DNA of 64,000 nt from Longimicrobiales bacterium (lineage in GTDB: Bacteria > Gemmatimonadota > Gemmatimonadetes > Longimicrobiales > Gaopeijiaceae). Positions within the stretch are counted from its first letter, which is position 1; each line of letters opens with the position of its first letter. Location: positions 446,098-510,097 of the forward strand of contig CBDCNQ010000003.1 in NCBI GenBank assembly GCA_965219445.1. The letters run 5' to 3'. Position numbers and translations under genes: made by a program. The notes under the pieces were generated by a model. It was given only the letters and a program-made list of their open reading frames with translations, was not told the DNA's origin and did no database searches. Positions 30,455-39,708 of the stretch are shown here, one piece after another.

Positions 30455-31017
30455 CTCGTGATCCGTTCGTGAACCAAGACGAAGCCCCCCTCGCCATCCC
30501 AGGTCCGGAGCACGCGACTGACCGTGACCCCGACCTGACGCGCGAGAATCCGAATGTTCACGAGTGCAATCACTTGCTCATCGGATAGGTCGATGGAGGC
30601 CCAAGCACCTCTCGGTGTCTCCGAAAAAGTACGGCATGTCTCCTCAAGTGGTCCCAGCATGGTCCCTTCGGGGAACGGGACCCGAAGCGCACTTGCACCA
30701 ACGGAATACGTTCGTAGGATGCTCGCCCAGCGAGCACCCGAGCTCCTGAGCGACGCCACAGCGTCGGGCGAGACCCCTGCGTTTCTGGCAACGAAAAGGA
30801 CCACCACGATCTCATCGGCGCGCAGGGGCCACTCCGCAAGGATTCCGACCTCATCGGAGGAAACGGGGAACGCCTGGCCTATGGTGGCATGATAGGCATC
30901 GATGGCCGTTCGATCCGGGACCCGCCGTTGCGCCACCAATGAAGGCGGTACCACGCTCATGAGCCCCAGCACTCCAACCATGGCTCCGTGTATTCGACCC
31001 ACCGCTGTCTCCTCCAC
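30451..31017 (-). CDS. Hypothetical secreted protein
   Basis: Signal-like N-terminus; stop overlaps the next gene's start. Confidence 0.6.
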   Translation of the reverse strand: MEETAVGRIHGAMVGVLGLMSVVPPSLVAQRRVPDRTAIDAYHATIGQAFPVSSDEVGILAEWPLRADEIVVVLFVARNAGVSPDAVASLRSSGARWASILRTYSVGASALRVPFPEGTMLGPLEETCRTFSETPRGAWASIDLSDEQVIALVNIRILARQVGVTVSRVLRTWDGEGGFVLVHERITR

Positions 31018-31151
31018 CGACGCCGGCTACCATTCGATCCCGCTCAAAACGGTACGACCTTGCGTTGTAATCTTCCACCGAGACCAACGTTTCGCCATGT
31101 CCAGATGTGATAGACCAGCCCTCACGCCAAATGGAGGGAATTTTCCCGGTT

Positions 31152-31166
31152 TGGCACGACTCTTGA
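31152..31166 (+). promoter_or_regulatory. Putative sigma54-like promoter of the STAS gene
   Basis: TGGCACGACTCTTGA: perfect -24 element, -12 reads TTGA instead of TTGC. Confidence 0.5.
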
Positions 31167-31229
31167 GGTTAGATCAGACTAGACCGGCATCGCATCGCCG
31201 GCACCCTCGATTTGAACGAGGAGGTGGTC

Positions 31230-31542
31230 ATGAGCGGACACGACAGCAACAGTTGGGGCCGGGGCCTCCCAGCGGGTACGCCCGCCGTTCAGGCCGCACC
31301 CCAAGTCGCCGTACACGGCCCAGAAGACACCAAATCGGATGTTTTGATCGACTTCACTGATTCCCATGTGGTTGATTTTGAAGGACTTACACTCCTTTTG
31401 ACAAGCACAACGCCTTGCTCACTCCGAAGATCGCCAGGTGTGGCTCATGGGGCTGCCAGAGAACGCATGGTCCGTGCTCGAAGCAATGGGCCTCGATGAC
31501 CTCTTCGTTCGCGTCAGCTCCCCTGGGGGACGGCCAAGCTAG
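31230..31542 (+). pseudogene. STAS (anti-anti-sigma-like) gene with a +1 frameshift near 31403
   Basis: SD GAGGAGGT. Removing one A at 31403-31404 gives VLIDFTDSHVVDFEGLTLLLTAQRLAHSEDRQVWLMGLPENAWSVLEAMGLDDLFVRV, ending at TAG 31540-31542. Confidence 0.75.
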
Positions 31543-31566
31543 TAACCGCCTGGGCTTCCCCCTCCT

Positions 31567-31601
31567 TGCCCCTCGCCCTCCAGGGCGGGGGGCATTTTTT
31601 T
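31567..31601 (+). terminator. Rho-independent terminator
   Basis: TGCCCCTCGCCC-TCCA-GGGCGGGGGGCA followed by T7. Confidence 0.8.
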
Positions 31602-31657
31602 CCAATTTAGGGACCTAAATGCCTCCCTCACACTCCTAGAAAGGCCCGTTCGTACGG

Positions 31658-32683
31658 CTACCGATCCGCCACGATCTCGAGTAGACTTTCGGGATTCCAT
31701 CGGGGGCGCTCGGAGCGGTTGGCGAGCTCGTATCCAAGGTAAAAGATCAACTGGCTGACTCTGACCGCCTTCTCCGGGTCGATACGGTCCACCTCGTCGT
31801 CACGTCCGTGGTAGTCCTCGTGGGTGCCGTTGAAGAAAAAGAGGACCGGGACGCCCTTCCGCGCAAAGTTGTAGTGGTCGGAGCGGAAGTAGAAACGCTC
31901 TTCCGGCCAAATGTCGTCGATGGCGGTCATCCCGAGTTCCGGATGCGCCTCGTTCACAAGGCCGAGTGTCTCACCGAGATCGGAGTGCTCCATTCCGATC
32001 GCGACGATCGTATCCGGCCAGTTACGCCCCACCATATCGGCGTTGAGGTCGGCCACCATGCGGTCGGCGGGCACAGGCGGATTTTCCGTGAAATACGCGC
32101 TACCCCAAAGCCCCTTCTCTTCGCCACTCACCAACAGGAAGAGAACCGACCGCCTCGGCTTCGTGTCGAGGGACGCGTATGCCTCCGCGATCTCTAGAAC
32201 GGCCGCGGTCCCGGACGCGTCGTCATCGGCCCCGTTGTTGATGCTGTCGCCTTCGGCGTTGGGTATGCCGATGCCGATGTGATCCATGTGGGCACTGAAG
32301 ACGACGTATTCTTCTTTGAGGACCGGGTCGCTGCCTTCCAGGATGCCGGCCACATTCGGGGCGGAGCGGACCGTGTCGATCGGGTAACGCTGAATATAGG
32401 AACCGTCATCCCCCGCGGGTACCAGGCCCATCCGGTCGAATTCGCTGGCGATCCACGCCGCCGTCATCTCGAGGCCGCGACTAGGCGTATCCCGGCCGCC
32501 CATGCTGTCGTGGGCGATCACGCCGAGCTTTCGCAGATAATCATCCGAGTCGATGTACGAGACCGCGGCCGCGACAGCGTCGTCGAGGGGCTCGAGTCGG
32601 TCGCCGGTCGTATCGCGAGTGCAAGCGGAACTACCCGCCATCACGATACAGAGGAGCGTCGGCAGCAAGAACTGTGATTTCAT
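31658..32683 (-). CDS. M28 family peptidase lipoprotein
   Basis: SAHMDH, NGADDDASG, GEEKGLWGS, DMVGR, RSDHYNF, DYH; lipobox SSAC. Confidence 0.9.
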   Translation of the reverse strand: MKSQFLLPTLLCIVMAGSSACTRDTTGDRLEPLDDAVAAAVSYIDSDDYLRKLGVIAHDSMGGRDTPSRGLEMTAAWIASEFDRMGLVPAGDDGSYIQRYPIDTVRSAPNVAGILEGSDPVLKEEYVVFSAHMDHIGIGIPNAEGDSINNGADDDASGTAAVLEIAEAYASLDTKPRRSVLFLLVSGEEKGLWGSAYFTENPPVPADRMVADLNADMVGRNWPDTIVAIGMEHSDLGETLGLVNEAHPELGMTAIDDIWPEERFYFRSDHYNFARKGVPVLFFFNGTHEDYHGRDDEVDRIDPEKAVRVSQLIFYLGYELANRSERPRWNPESLLEIVADR

Positions 32684-32794
32684 CGGACCTTTCTACACAC
32701 TCCCGAGAGGTTGCCCACGCCGTCGAGAAGACCGGAGCGGCGTGTTCAGGGCCAATAACTTACCTGGTGAAAGGGGGGACGCCACCCACCCCTC

Positions 32795-34012
32795 TCAGCG
32801 CAGCCCCAACGCGCGGTCCAACAGCTCTCCCAACTCGGGCTCCGTGAGCGGTCCCGACAGGACCGCCACACCTCCAGGTACGTCGCGGACGGCCATGGCC
32901 CAACCCGCCGGTTGTATACGGCCGAGGAATTCGTTTCGCTCCTGAAAGACACCGCCGACCACCGCATCGCTCCCGGCCGACGGAACGAACTGAAGCTCGA
33001 CGAGGCGTCCGTCGTCCAACTCTTGAGTTACGACCACCGAACCGCCCGGGCCTTCAGCCGAGCCGTCGGCTCCCGGAACCAACCGCACATCACGGACCGG
33101 GAGTCCGGGCACGAGAAAAGAAGAAGTCGTCGAGAGCGAGGCGGCCGTAGAGGGTGCGGGCGCGGCGTAGCCAAGCGGCGAGGCCGCGTCCCGCCGGTCA
33201 AGGTCCGGCGCGGAGCGACGCAGCTCGTCGGAGAGGGAGGGCGCCTGCACCTGAGGTTCTGCAGCTTGGGCCCCCACGCTCGCGTCGGCGGGGCCCACCT
33301 CACGAGCAACGGCCGATTCTGCTCGCTGTCGCGCAGATACAGCCTCGACCTGATCAAGGACCGCATCGTCATCGAACCCCCCAGCGCCCCGATCGGCACC
33401 AAGTCCATCCCCCCCGACGGCCCCGGCGCCTGGGGACTCGCGTGGTGCCTCCGCCTCGGCTAGCCCAGCGGCCACCGCGGCTTGCGACTCCAGCAGCGTC
33501 TCCGCTTCGGCTAACTCACCGGTGTTGTCACGCTCCGCACGCTGCTCATCGGCGGCCCGTCGTAGCCTGATCTCAGTCGCAGCCGGCTCGGCCACTGGTC
33601 CTCGGGCGACATCACCCGCCGGCCCCGTAACATCTCGGGCCATCCAGCCCGCCCCGAGTGATACCACAACCGTCGCCGCCCAACGTAGCACGTACATGCG
33701 GCTGCCTACCGAACTTCGAGCCCCTCCCATCCGGCCGGACCGCTCGGGCTCTTCAGCCCCCTCGGGCCCATCGAACGCCTTAGCCCTGGCCAACAACTCC
33801 TCGAGTGGATCGAGTTCCACCGGTCCCTGTGCCGAAGCCGTGATGATCGTGGACGCCTCTTGCCGCAAGCGCCTTTCGACCTCGAGCAACTGCGCACACT
33901 CCCGGCATACGTCCAGGTGCTCCCGCACGTGCCTGGCGGCTTCCTCGGGATAGGCGCCCAAAGCGCCATCGAGGTAGGCGTGAATGTCTCCCCTACTGAT
34001 GTGCGACATCAT
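32795..34012 (-). CDS. Zinc-finger anti-sigma factor with TM helix and long extracytoplasmic region
   Basis: HAYLDG...EHLDVCREC; TM WAATVVVSLGAGW. Confidence 0.8.
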   Translation of the reverse strand: MMSHISRGDIHAYLDGALGAYPEEAARHVREHLDVCRECAQLLEVERRLRQEASTIITASAQGPVELDPLEELLARAKAFDGPEGAEEPERSGRMGGARSSVGSRMYVLRWAATVVVSLGAGWMARDVTGPAGDVARGPVAEPAATEIRLRRAADEQRAERDNTGELAEAETLLESQAAVAAGLAEAEAPRESPGAGAVGGDGLGADRGAGGFDDDAVLDQVEAVSARQRAESAVAREVGPADASVGAQAAEPQVQAPSLSDELRRSAPDLDRRDAASPLGYAAPAPSTAASLSTTSSFLVPGLPVRDVRLVPGADGSAEGPGGSVVVTQELDDGRLVELQFVPSAGSDAVVGGVFQERNEFLGRIQPAGWAMAVRDVPGGVAVLSGPLTEPELGELLDRALGLR

Positions 34013-34499
34013 CTTGCTCCTGCTCTCGATGTGCCTTCACGAGACGCTCCCGGGCACGGGCGAGCGTCGTGCCGACCGATCCGGTCGAGATCTCGAGCGC
34101 TCCCGCGATCTCTCGGTAATCGAGCCCCCCGTCCCAGAGAAGGAGGGCCTCGCGATCTCGTTCACTCAACGCCTCGAGCGCCCCGCGGACCAGAGCCTCC
34201 CGTTCACCCCTCTCTAGCTCCTCGGCTGGATCGGCCCTCACGTTGCTTACTTCCGTTTCCGTTTTCAATAGCGTCAAGTGGCGCCTGCGGCGAATCGCGG
34301 TTCGCGCTTCATCTCTGGCGAGGTTTCCCGCGACCGTGAACAGCCAAGACCGGGGATCGTCCGGATTCTCCCGGAGTGCCCGGACGAAAGTGTCCTGCGC
34401 CAGATCCCTCGCACGCTCTATATCCCACACCTTCCGATGAAGGAAGCGCACCAGGTCCGGCAAGGCGGTCCTGTAAAGTTCTCCCCAGTCTACATCCAC
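33993..34499 (-). CDS. ECF sigma factor
   Basis: ARDLAQDTFVR, SWLFTVAGN, GLDYREIAGAL...SVGTTLARAR. Confidence 0.9.
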   Translation of the reverse strand: MDVDWGELYRTALPDLVRFLHRKVWDIERARDLAQDTFVRALRENPDDPRSWLFTVAGNLARDEARTAIRRRRHLTLLKTETEVSNVRADPAEELERGEREALVRGALEALSERDREALLLWDGGLDYREIAGALEISTGSVGTTLARARERLVKAHREQEQDDVAHQ

Positions 34500-34612
34500 G
34501 ACGTCCTCGATCGTTCAATCGGCTTTTACAAATCTAATGACGAACGAGTGTCCAGATGTTGCACACGCTTTCGCCTCTTTTTCGCACCCCGTCCCTTTTA
34601 CATACTTGTGGG

Positions 34613-35380
34613 ATGGATGTCTTAACCAGCCCTGAAGCGTGGATCGCGCTGGCCACGCTCACGACGCTCGAGATCGTTCTCGGGATCGACAACATCGTCT
34701 TCATCTCGGTCCTGGCCGACCGGCTTCCACCAGAGCAGCGCCCAAAGGCCCGTCAGTTGGGACTTTCACTGGCGATGCTCACCCGGATCCTGCTGCTCTT
34801 CTCCATCACGTTGATCATGCGGCTCACGACGGTGCTGTTCACCGTTTTCGGGCACGGCGTGTCGGGGCGTGATCTCATCTTGATCGTCGGGGGTCTCTTT
34901 CTGCTGACCAAGTCCACTCGCGAGATCCACCACAAGATGGAGGGTGACGGCGACGGGGTGGCAGGCGTCTCCAGCGTTGTAACGTTCCGTGGGGTCCTGA
35001 TCCAGATCGCGATCCTGGATATGGTTTTTTCGCTCGACTCGGTCATCACGGCTGTAGGCATGGCCGACGATCTTGCCGTCATGGTCACGGCCGTCATCCT
35101 GGCCGTGGGTGTCATGATGATTTCGGCTGGACCGGTCGGCAACTTCGTATCCGATCATCCCACCGTGAAGATGCTCGCCCTGAGCTTTCTGCTCCTCATC
35201 GGAACGAGCCTCATCGCAGAGGGCGTGGGTTTTCACATTCCCAAGGGGTACATCTACTTCGCGATGGGCTTTTCAGTCTTCGTAGAGTCATTGAATCTCC
35301 GGGCTCACGGACCCCGCTCGAGCCGGGATCGCATCGGAGCCCCGCCTTCTATCAGCGAGAGTCCCGTCGACTCGTCCTAA
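34613..35380 (+). CDS. TerC family membrane protein
   Basis: LEIVLGIDN, DMVFSLDSVITAVG, IPKGYIYFAMGFS. Confidence 0.93.
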   Translation: MDVLTSPEAWIALATLTTLEIVLGIDNIVFISVLADRLPPEQRPKARQLGLSLAMLTRILLLFSITLIMRLTTVLFTVFGHGVSGRDLILIVGGLFLLTKSTREIHHKMEGDGDGVAGVSSVVTFRGVLIQIAILDMVFSLDSVITAVGMADDLAVMVTAVILAVGVMMISAGPVGNFVSDHPTVKMLALSFLLLIGTSLIAEGVGFHIPKGYIYFAMGFSVFVESLNLRAHGPRSSRDRIGAPPSISESPVDSS

Positions 35381-35413
35381 AAAAAAGGCGCCGCCCATGA
35401 AAAGGCGGCGCCT
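35379..35413 (-). terminator. Rho-independent terminator (minus strand; possibly bidirectional)
   Basis: 10-bp stem AGGCGCCGCC/GGCGGCGCCT preceded by an A-tract on the plus strand. Confidence 0.8.
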
Positions 35414-35437
35414 GTATCATCGAGTGGGAGTGATCCC

Positions 35438-35599
35438 TCAGTCGTCAGGACATTCGAAAGACGGAAGCGTTTGTTGTCCGCCAGCCGGAAGGGATTCCGC
35501 GGCCATTTTCCTGAGCACCTCGGCCACGTGCAGGTCTCCTTCGCGTTCAACCCTGCATGCGGCCCGAAGTAGTCGTCGGATCTTCTGCTCCATGCTCAT
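35438..35599 (-). CDS. 53-aa small protein missing from the ORF track
   Basis: MSMEQKIRRLLRAACRVEREGDLHVAEVLRKMAAESLPAGGQQTLPSFECPDD*; has SD AAGGAG, an upstream ECF-type promoter and a downstream terminator. Confidence 0.7.
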   Translation of the reverse strand: MSMEQKIRRLLRAACRVEREGDLHVAEVLRKMAAESLPAGGQQTLPSFECPDD

Positions 35600-35662
35600 C
35601 TTCCGTCTCCTTCCTCACCGGACCCATCTAAACCGGGTCCTCTCCCTCCAGCTCCTGCTTAC

Positions 35663-35692
35663 GTAATACGTCATAGGAGCGGAAGTGTTTCA
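35663..35692 (-). promoter_or_regulatory. Putative ECF-sigma promoter
   Basis: TGAAAC-N16-CGTATTAC (SigW-type TGAAAC/CGTA). Confidence 0.65.
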
Positions 35693-35755
35693 GGTTCGGG
35701 TCGCTCGGGTGGCTAGGGGTCCGATCCGCGGCCCGAAACGAAGGGCGGAATAGCC

Positions 35756-37516
35756 CTATGGGCGGTACCCGCGGCCCCGCACGATCATGCCCGGTTTGGC
35801 ATCCGTGTGCTCGCCTCTCCGCACAACCGCCACCCCGTTCACGAAGACGTCACGGATCCCATCCGAAACCTGGTGGGGATCTTCGTACGTGGCCCGGTCG
35901 ATAACGGTCGCGGGGTCGAAAATGACGATGTCGGCATAGAAACCCTCGCGCAACACACCCCGATCTGGAATCGACAGACGTGTTGCGACGGCTGAAGACA
36001 TCTTTCGGATGGCGTCTTCGAGGGGCACGACACCCTGCTGTCTAACGTACCGGCCGAGGATCCGGGTGTAGGTGCCATACGACCTCGGGTGTATCAGGGC
36101 CGTAGTAGTCCTCGGATCTACCCCCCCTGCATCGGTACCGAACTTCATCCAGGGCTGCTTGATCTGAAGGCGCACGTTGTCCTCACTCATCATGAAAAAC
36201 ACGGTGCCGATCCGTTGGCGCTCTTCGAGTACCAAGTCCATCGCCGTTTCGATCCAGTCCTTGCCGAACTCCCGAGCGACGTCATCCAGATACCGACCGG
36301 AATACCTCCGCCGGTTCTCCGCCTTATCGAACCCGAGAAGGAGCACCCCACCCGGCGAGGAGAGGGCACAGAGGTTCTCCCAATCCTCAGTCTGAGTCTC
36401 GATCTCAGCCCGAATCCGCGCCCGTGCCTGAACGTCTGCCAGGTTGCGGAAAAGTCTCCCGTTGGCCGAGGCGGATGGGGGGAAACAGGAGGTGAGCCCC
36501 GTGCTCGCGGCCACATACGGGTACATGTTCGCCTGGACGTCGACGCCGGCGGCCCGGGCCGAATCAATCTTGGCGATCGCTTGGGCCGTCTTGGGCCAGT
36601 TGTCCCGGCCGCCGGCCTTGAGATGAAAAATCTCCACGGGCACACCGCCACGAGCTCCGATCTCAATGGCCTCGTCGATCGCCTCGAGGAGGTTGTTGGC
36701 CTCGGAACGTAGGTGCGTGATGTATACCCCCCCGTAGGGGGCCATCGCCGCCGCGACTTCTCCCAGCTCTGCGGTGGAGGTGAAATTTCCCGGTGCATAA
36801 ATCAGGGCCGTCGCTACGCCGAAAGCGCCGTCCTCCATCGCTCTGCGCACGACCGCCTTCATTGTGTCCAGCTCGGCTGGACTGGGCTCCCCCATCCGCG
36901 AACCGACGGCGTAGGCGCGGAGCGTACCACCCCCTAGGAAAGATCCCTGATTTACGGAGGTGCCACGGGCCTCCATTGCCCGAAGCCACTGGTCGAACCC
37001 TCGCTCTCCGGAAAACAGCCGAGCCTGGCGATCAACATTCGACCCGTCGTCCTCGGGGGGACCGAGATAGGCCGGATTGACAGGAGCCGTCGTCGTTCCC
37101 TCCCCCATGATCTCGGTCGTGATGCCCTGAGTGACCTTGCTGATGACTCGGCTGTCGCCCGACAGTAGCGCGTAGCGGGACTGGCTCTGAATGTCGATGA
37201 ATCCGGGGGATACCACGTGCCCGAAGGCATCCACCCGCGCGGTAGCCGTCGCGCCTCGCAGCAAGCTCGTCGGTGTGACTCTAGCGATCCGGCCATCCTT
37301 CACGGCAATGTCGCCATAGAACCACGCGCTCCCCGTACCATCCACGACCCGACCATTCTCGATGATCAGGTCAAAATCGACGCCAGGCTCGGCCACGACG
37401 GGGGTCGGCGGCTCGGGCTCGGGTAGGAGCGGAGCAACGGGCGGAGGCGTGGCCCCGGCACAGGCACTCAAAACAGATACCGCGAAGAGGGTCGCAAACG
37501 GTCGTGCGCGACGCAT
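35756..37516 (-). CDS. N-acyl-D-amino-acid deacylase family amidohydrolase (lipoprotein)
   Basis: Lipobox LSAC; VVDGTG, PGFIDIQSQS, YITHLRSE, EIFHLK, GTD, HPRSYGT. Confidence 0.87.
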   Translation of the reverse strand: MRRARPFATLFAVSVLSACAGATPPPVAPLLPEPEPPTPVVAEPGVDFDLIIENGRVVDGTGSAWFYGDIAVKDGRIARVTPTSLLRGATATARVDAFGHVVSPGFIDIQSQSRYALLSGDSRVISKVTQGITTEIMGEGTTTAPVNPAYLGPPEDDGSNVDRQARLFSGERGFDQWLRAMEARGTSVNQGSFLGGGTLRAYAVGSRMGEPSPAELDTMKAVVRRAMEDGAFGVATALIYAPGNFTSTAELGEVAAAMAPYGGVYITHLRSEANNLLEAIDEAIEIGARGGVPVEIFHLKAGGRDNWPKTAQAIAKIDSARAAGVDVQANMYPYVAASTGLTSCFPPSASANGRLFRNLADVQARARIRAEIETQTEDWENLCALSSPGGVLLLGFDKAENRRRYSGRYLDDVAREFGKDWIETAMDLVLEERQRIGTVFFMMSEDNVRLQIKQPWMKFGTDAGGVDPRTTTALIHPRSYGTYTRILGRYVRQQGVVPLEDAIRKMSSAVATRLSIPDRGVLREGFYADIVIFDPATVIDRATYEDPHQVSDGIRDVFVNGVAVVRRGEHTDAKPGMIVRGRGYRP

Positions 37517-37664
37517 TGTCACCTCCGTCGGGCGAGGGGGTCGCCGCGAAGAAGCCTCCTCGGGTGACCATGCCAAAATCCCCTGTACGGGGGAGGGCCG
37601 CAGCCTATACCATGATACGAACGAAGGGCCCCCAGAGCCACGCTCGAACCTCTGGGATCCCACA

Positions 37665-38717
37665 CTAGTACATCCTGGCCGTATCCAGCAGGTTCATTAA
37701 TGGCTCGTCCGTAAGGTACCGGCGAAGGTTCTCACAGAAGATATCCGTGATTCTTTCGTTCTCACGGTCGCTCGTTCCCGCCGAATGTGCGCAAACGAGC
37801 ACGTTTGGCATCGCCCAAAGCGGGGAGTCTGCGGAAAGAGGCTCCTCCTGGAACACGTCGAGCGCCACCCCTCCGAGGTGACCGGACTCGAGGGCGTCGA
37901 CCAAAGCGGCTTCGTCGACGACGGCGCCACGTGCCACGTTGACGATGATCGCACCCGGAGCGAGCAGTGCGAGTTCGTCCGCCCCTATCATCCCCTCGGT
38001 CTCGGGCGTGTGGGGAACCGCCAACACGACGTGCTCGGCACCACGTAAGGCCTCGTGCAGTTCATCGAGCCCGTAAAGAGCGTTCAGGTGGAGAGCAGCG
38101 GGGTCGACTCCGGTCACGGTCCGTTTCACACCGATGGCCCGCATTCCGAATGCCGACCCCACACGGGCCACTTCTCTGCCGATCGAGCCCATCCCCACCA
38201 CGGCCAGACTTCGCTCCGTAAGGTCGGTCGAAGCGAAAGGCTCCCATCGACGTTCCCCCTGATCCGTGATCATCTCCAGGACTTTTCTCCGAAAAATGAG
38301 GATGGACATCAGTGCGTACTCAGCCAACGGTATTGCATGGACCCCGCTGGCTGTCGTGAATAGAGTTTCGGGCATTCGCTCGGCGTACCGATGCCGGGCC
38401 ACGAGTTGCCCGATCCCTGCGCTCGTGGCCTGGATCCACCTCAGCGAGGGTGCGCGCTCAGGCAGATCCTCGAGGTGAGATCGGTCGAAATCGAACAGGA
38501 TCTCGGCTTCGGAGAGTAGAGACGTCCAACGCTTCTCGTCCTCCTCCGAACGCTCGACCGTGTGCCCCACATGGTCCGCGGCAAATCGGGGCCGCGGAAG
38601 CAGATGAGGCTCGTACGCGACCTGGAGGCGTGGGTTCACCGCGCGAATCCGATCCACATGGTGTGACTCGAGATAACTGGCGATCACTATCGGCACCGGT
38701 TCGAGGGATTCGCTCAT
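37665..38717 (-). CDS. D-2-hydroxyacid dehydrogenase
   Basis: WIQATSAG, GMGSIG, VNVARG, LDVFQEEPL, AHSAG. Confidence 0.9.
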   Translation of the reverse strand: MSESLEPVPIVIASYLESHHVDRIRAVNPRLQVAYEPHLLPRPRFAADHVGHTVERSEEDEKRWTSLLSEAEILFDFDRSHLEDLPERAPSLRWIQATSAGIGQLVARHRYAERMPETLFTTASGVHAIPLAEYALMSILIFRRKVLEMITDQGERRWEPFASTDLTERSLAVVGMGSIGREVARVGSAFGMRAIGVKRTVTGVDPAALHLNALYGLDELHEALRGAEHVVLAVPHTPETEGMIGADELALLAPGAIIVNVARGAVVDEAALVDALESGHLGGVALDVFQEEPLSADSPLWAMPNVLVCAHSAGTSDRENERITDIFCENLRRYLTDEPLMNLLDTARMY

Positions 38718-39694
38718 CAGGGAGCCACCGGATCTCGAAGGTCCTTGATCACACGCATCCCACCGTAGATATACCCCACCCCCACCATTGGAATCAGATA
38801 GCAGACATGTTGAAGCAGGCTCAACGCAAGGGCGTGTTCAGGACTGACGCCCGTGAGCCTGTAAGCAGCAAACGACGCGGCCTCAAACACGCCCAGGTTT
38901 CCAGGAGAGACCGAAACGATGGTTGCGAAGTTGACGCTCGCCAGAACCAGTAAGGCGGTCCCGACCGGTAAATCCAGCCCGAGGGACTGCTGAACCGCGA
39001 GGATTCCCCCGAGCTCAGCGGCCTTCATGCCCAAAGCGAGAGCGATGCCAGCCCCGAACACATGCGGTGTACGTAACCCCTCGAGAGAATGGGCCCACTG
39101 GGCTCCGAAGTGCTGCGCGCGGCCGAGCGCACCGGCTGGCCGTGGAGCATTAGGCGGATGTCGAAAGCGAAAAGAAAGGACAGCGAAAGTCACGCCGAGC
39201 ACCGATACCGCCACCGCGAGCCCTTGGACGCCCCGAGCGAGCCAGGCTGGTAACGGAGCGAACCATGCGACCCCGAGGACGACCACGATCTTGGCGATCC
39301 CTTCGGCCACCTGCTCCATCGTATAAACGGACAGCGCCGAGGCATTGCCGATGCGTCCATACCGAGCCAGAAGCAACACGCCCGAGGCCTGGCCAACCAT
39401 GAACGGAACCGAATTCGAGATCATGGCCATGGCGGAGACCACCAGGAATATGTCTGCCCATGTCACCGAACCCTCACCCGGCACCAGAATCCTCCATTGC
39501 AGCGACCACAAGACAACGATCGACCCGTTGAGAGCGATGGCGACGGCAATCCAGGGTAGGCGGAGGCCCCGTAGGAGCAGGAGGAGCCGGTCCCAATCGA
39601 TGTCCTGCAGGGCAACCGCGAGAAGGAGGGTCGCGCCAACGAGGATTCCACCCCGCAAGAAGGCCGGGCTCCGGGAAGCGAGGCGCGCGGGCAT
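38717..39694 (-). CDS. Lysylphosphatidylglycerol synthase TM-family (flippase-like) membrane protein
   Basis: Polytopic; QWRIL, NSVPFMVG, SPGNLGVFEAA, P+..G motif near the C-terminus. Confidence 0.78.
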   Translation of the reverse strand: MPARLASRSPAFLRGGILVGATLLLAVALQDIDWDRLLLLLRGLRLPWIAVAIALNGSIVVLWSLQWRILVPGEGSVTWADIFLVVSAMAMISNSVPFMVGQASGVLLLARYGRIGNASALSVYTMEQVAEGIAKIVVVLGVAWFAPLPAWLARGVQGLAVAVSVLGVTFAVLSFRFRHPPNAPRPAGALGRAQHFGAQWAHSLEGLRTPHVFGAGIALALGMKAAELGGILAVQQSLGLDLPVGTALLVLASVNFATIVSVSPGNLGVFEAASFAAYRLTGVSPEHALALSLLQHVCYLIPMVGVGYIYGGMRVIKDLRDPVAP

Positions 39695-39708
39695 CTCGAA
39701 GCTCGGCG

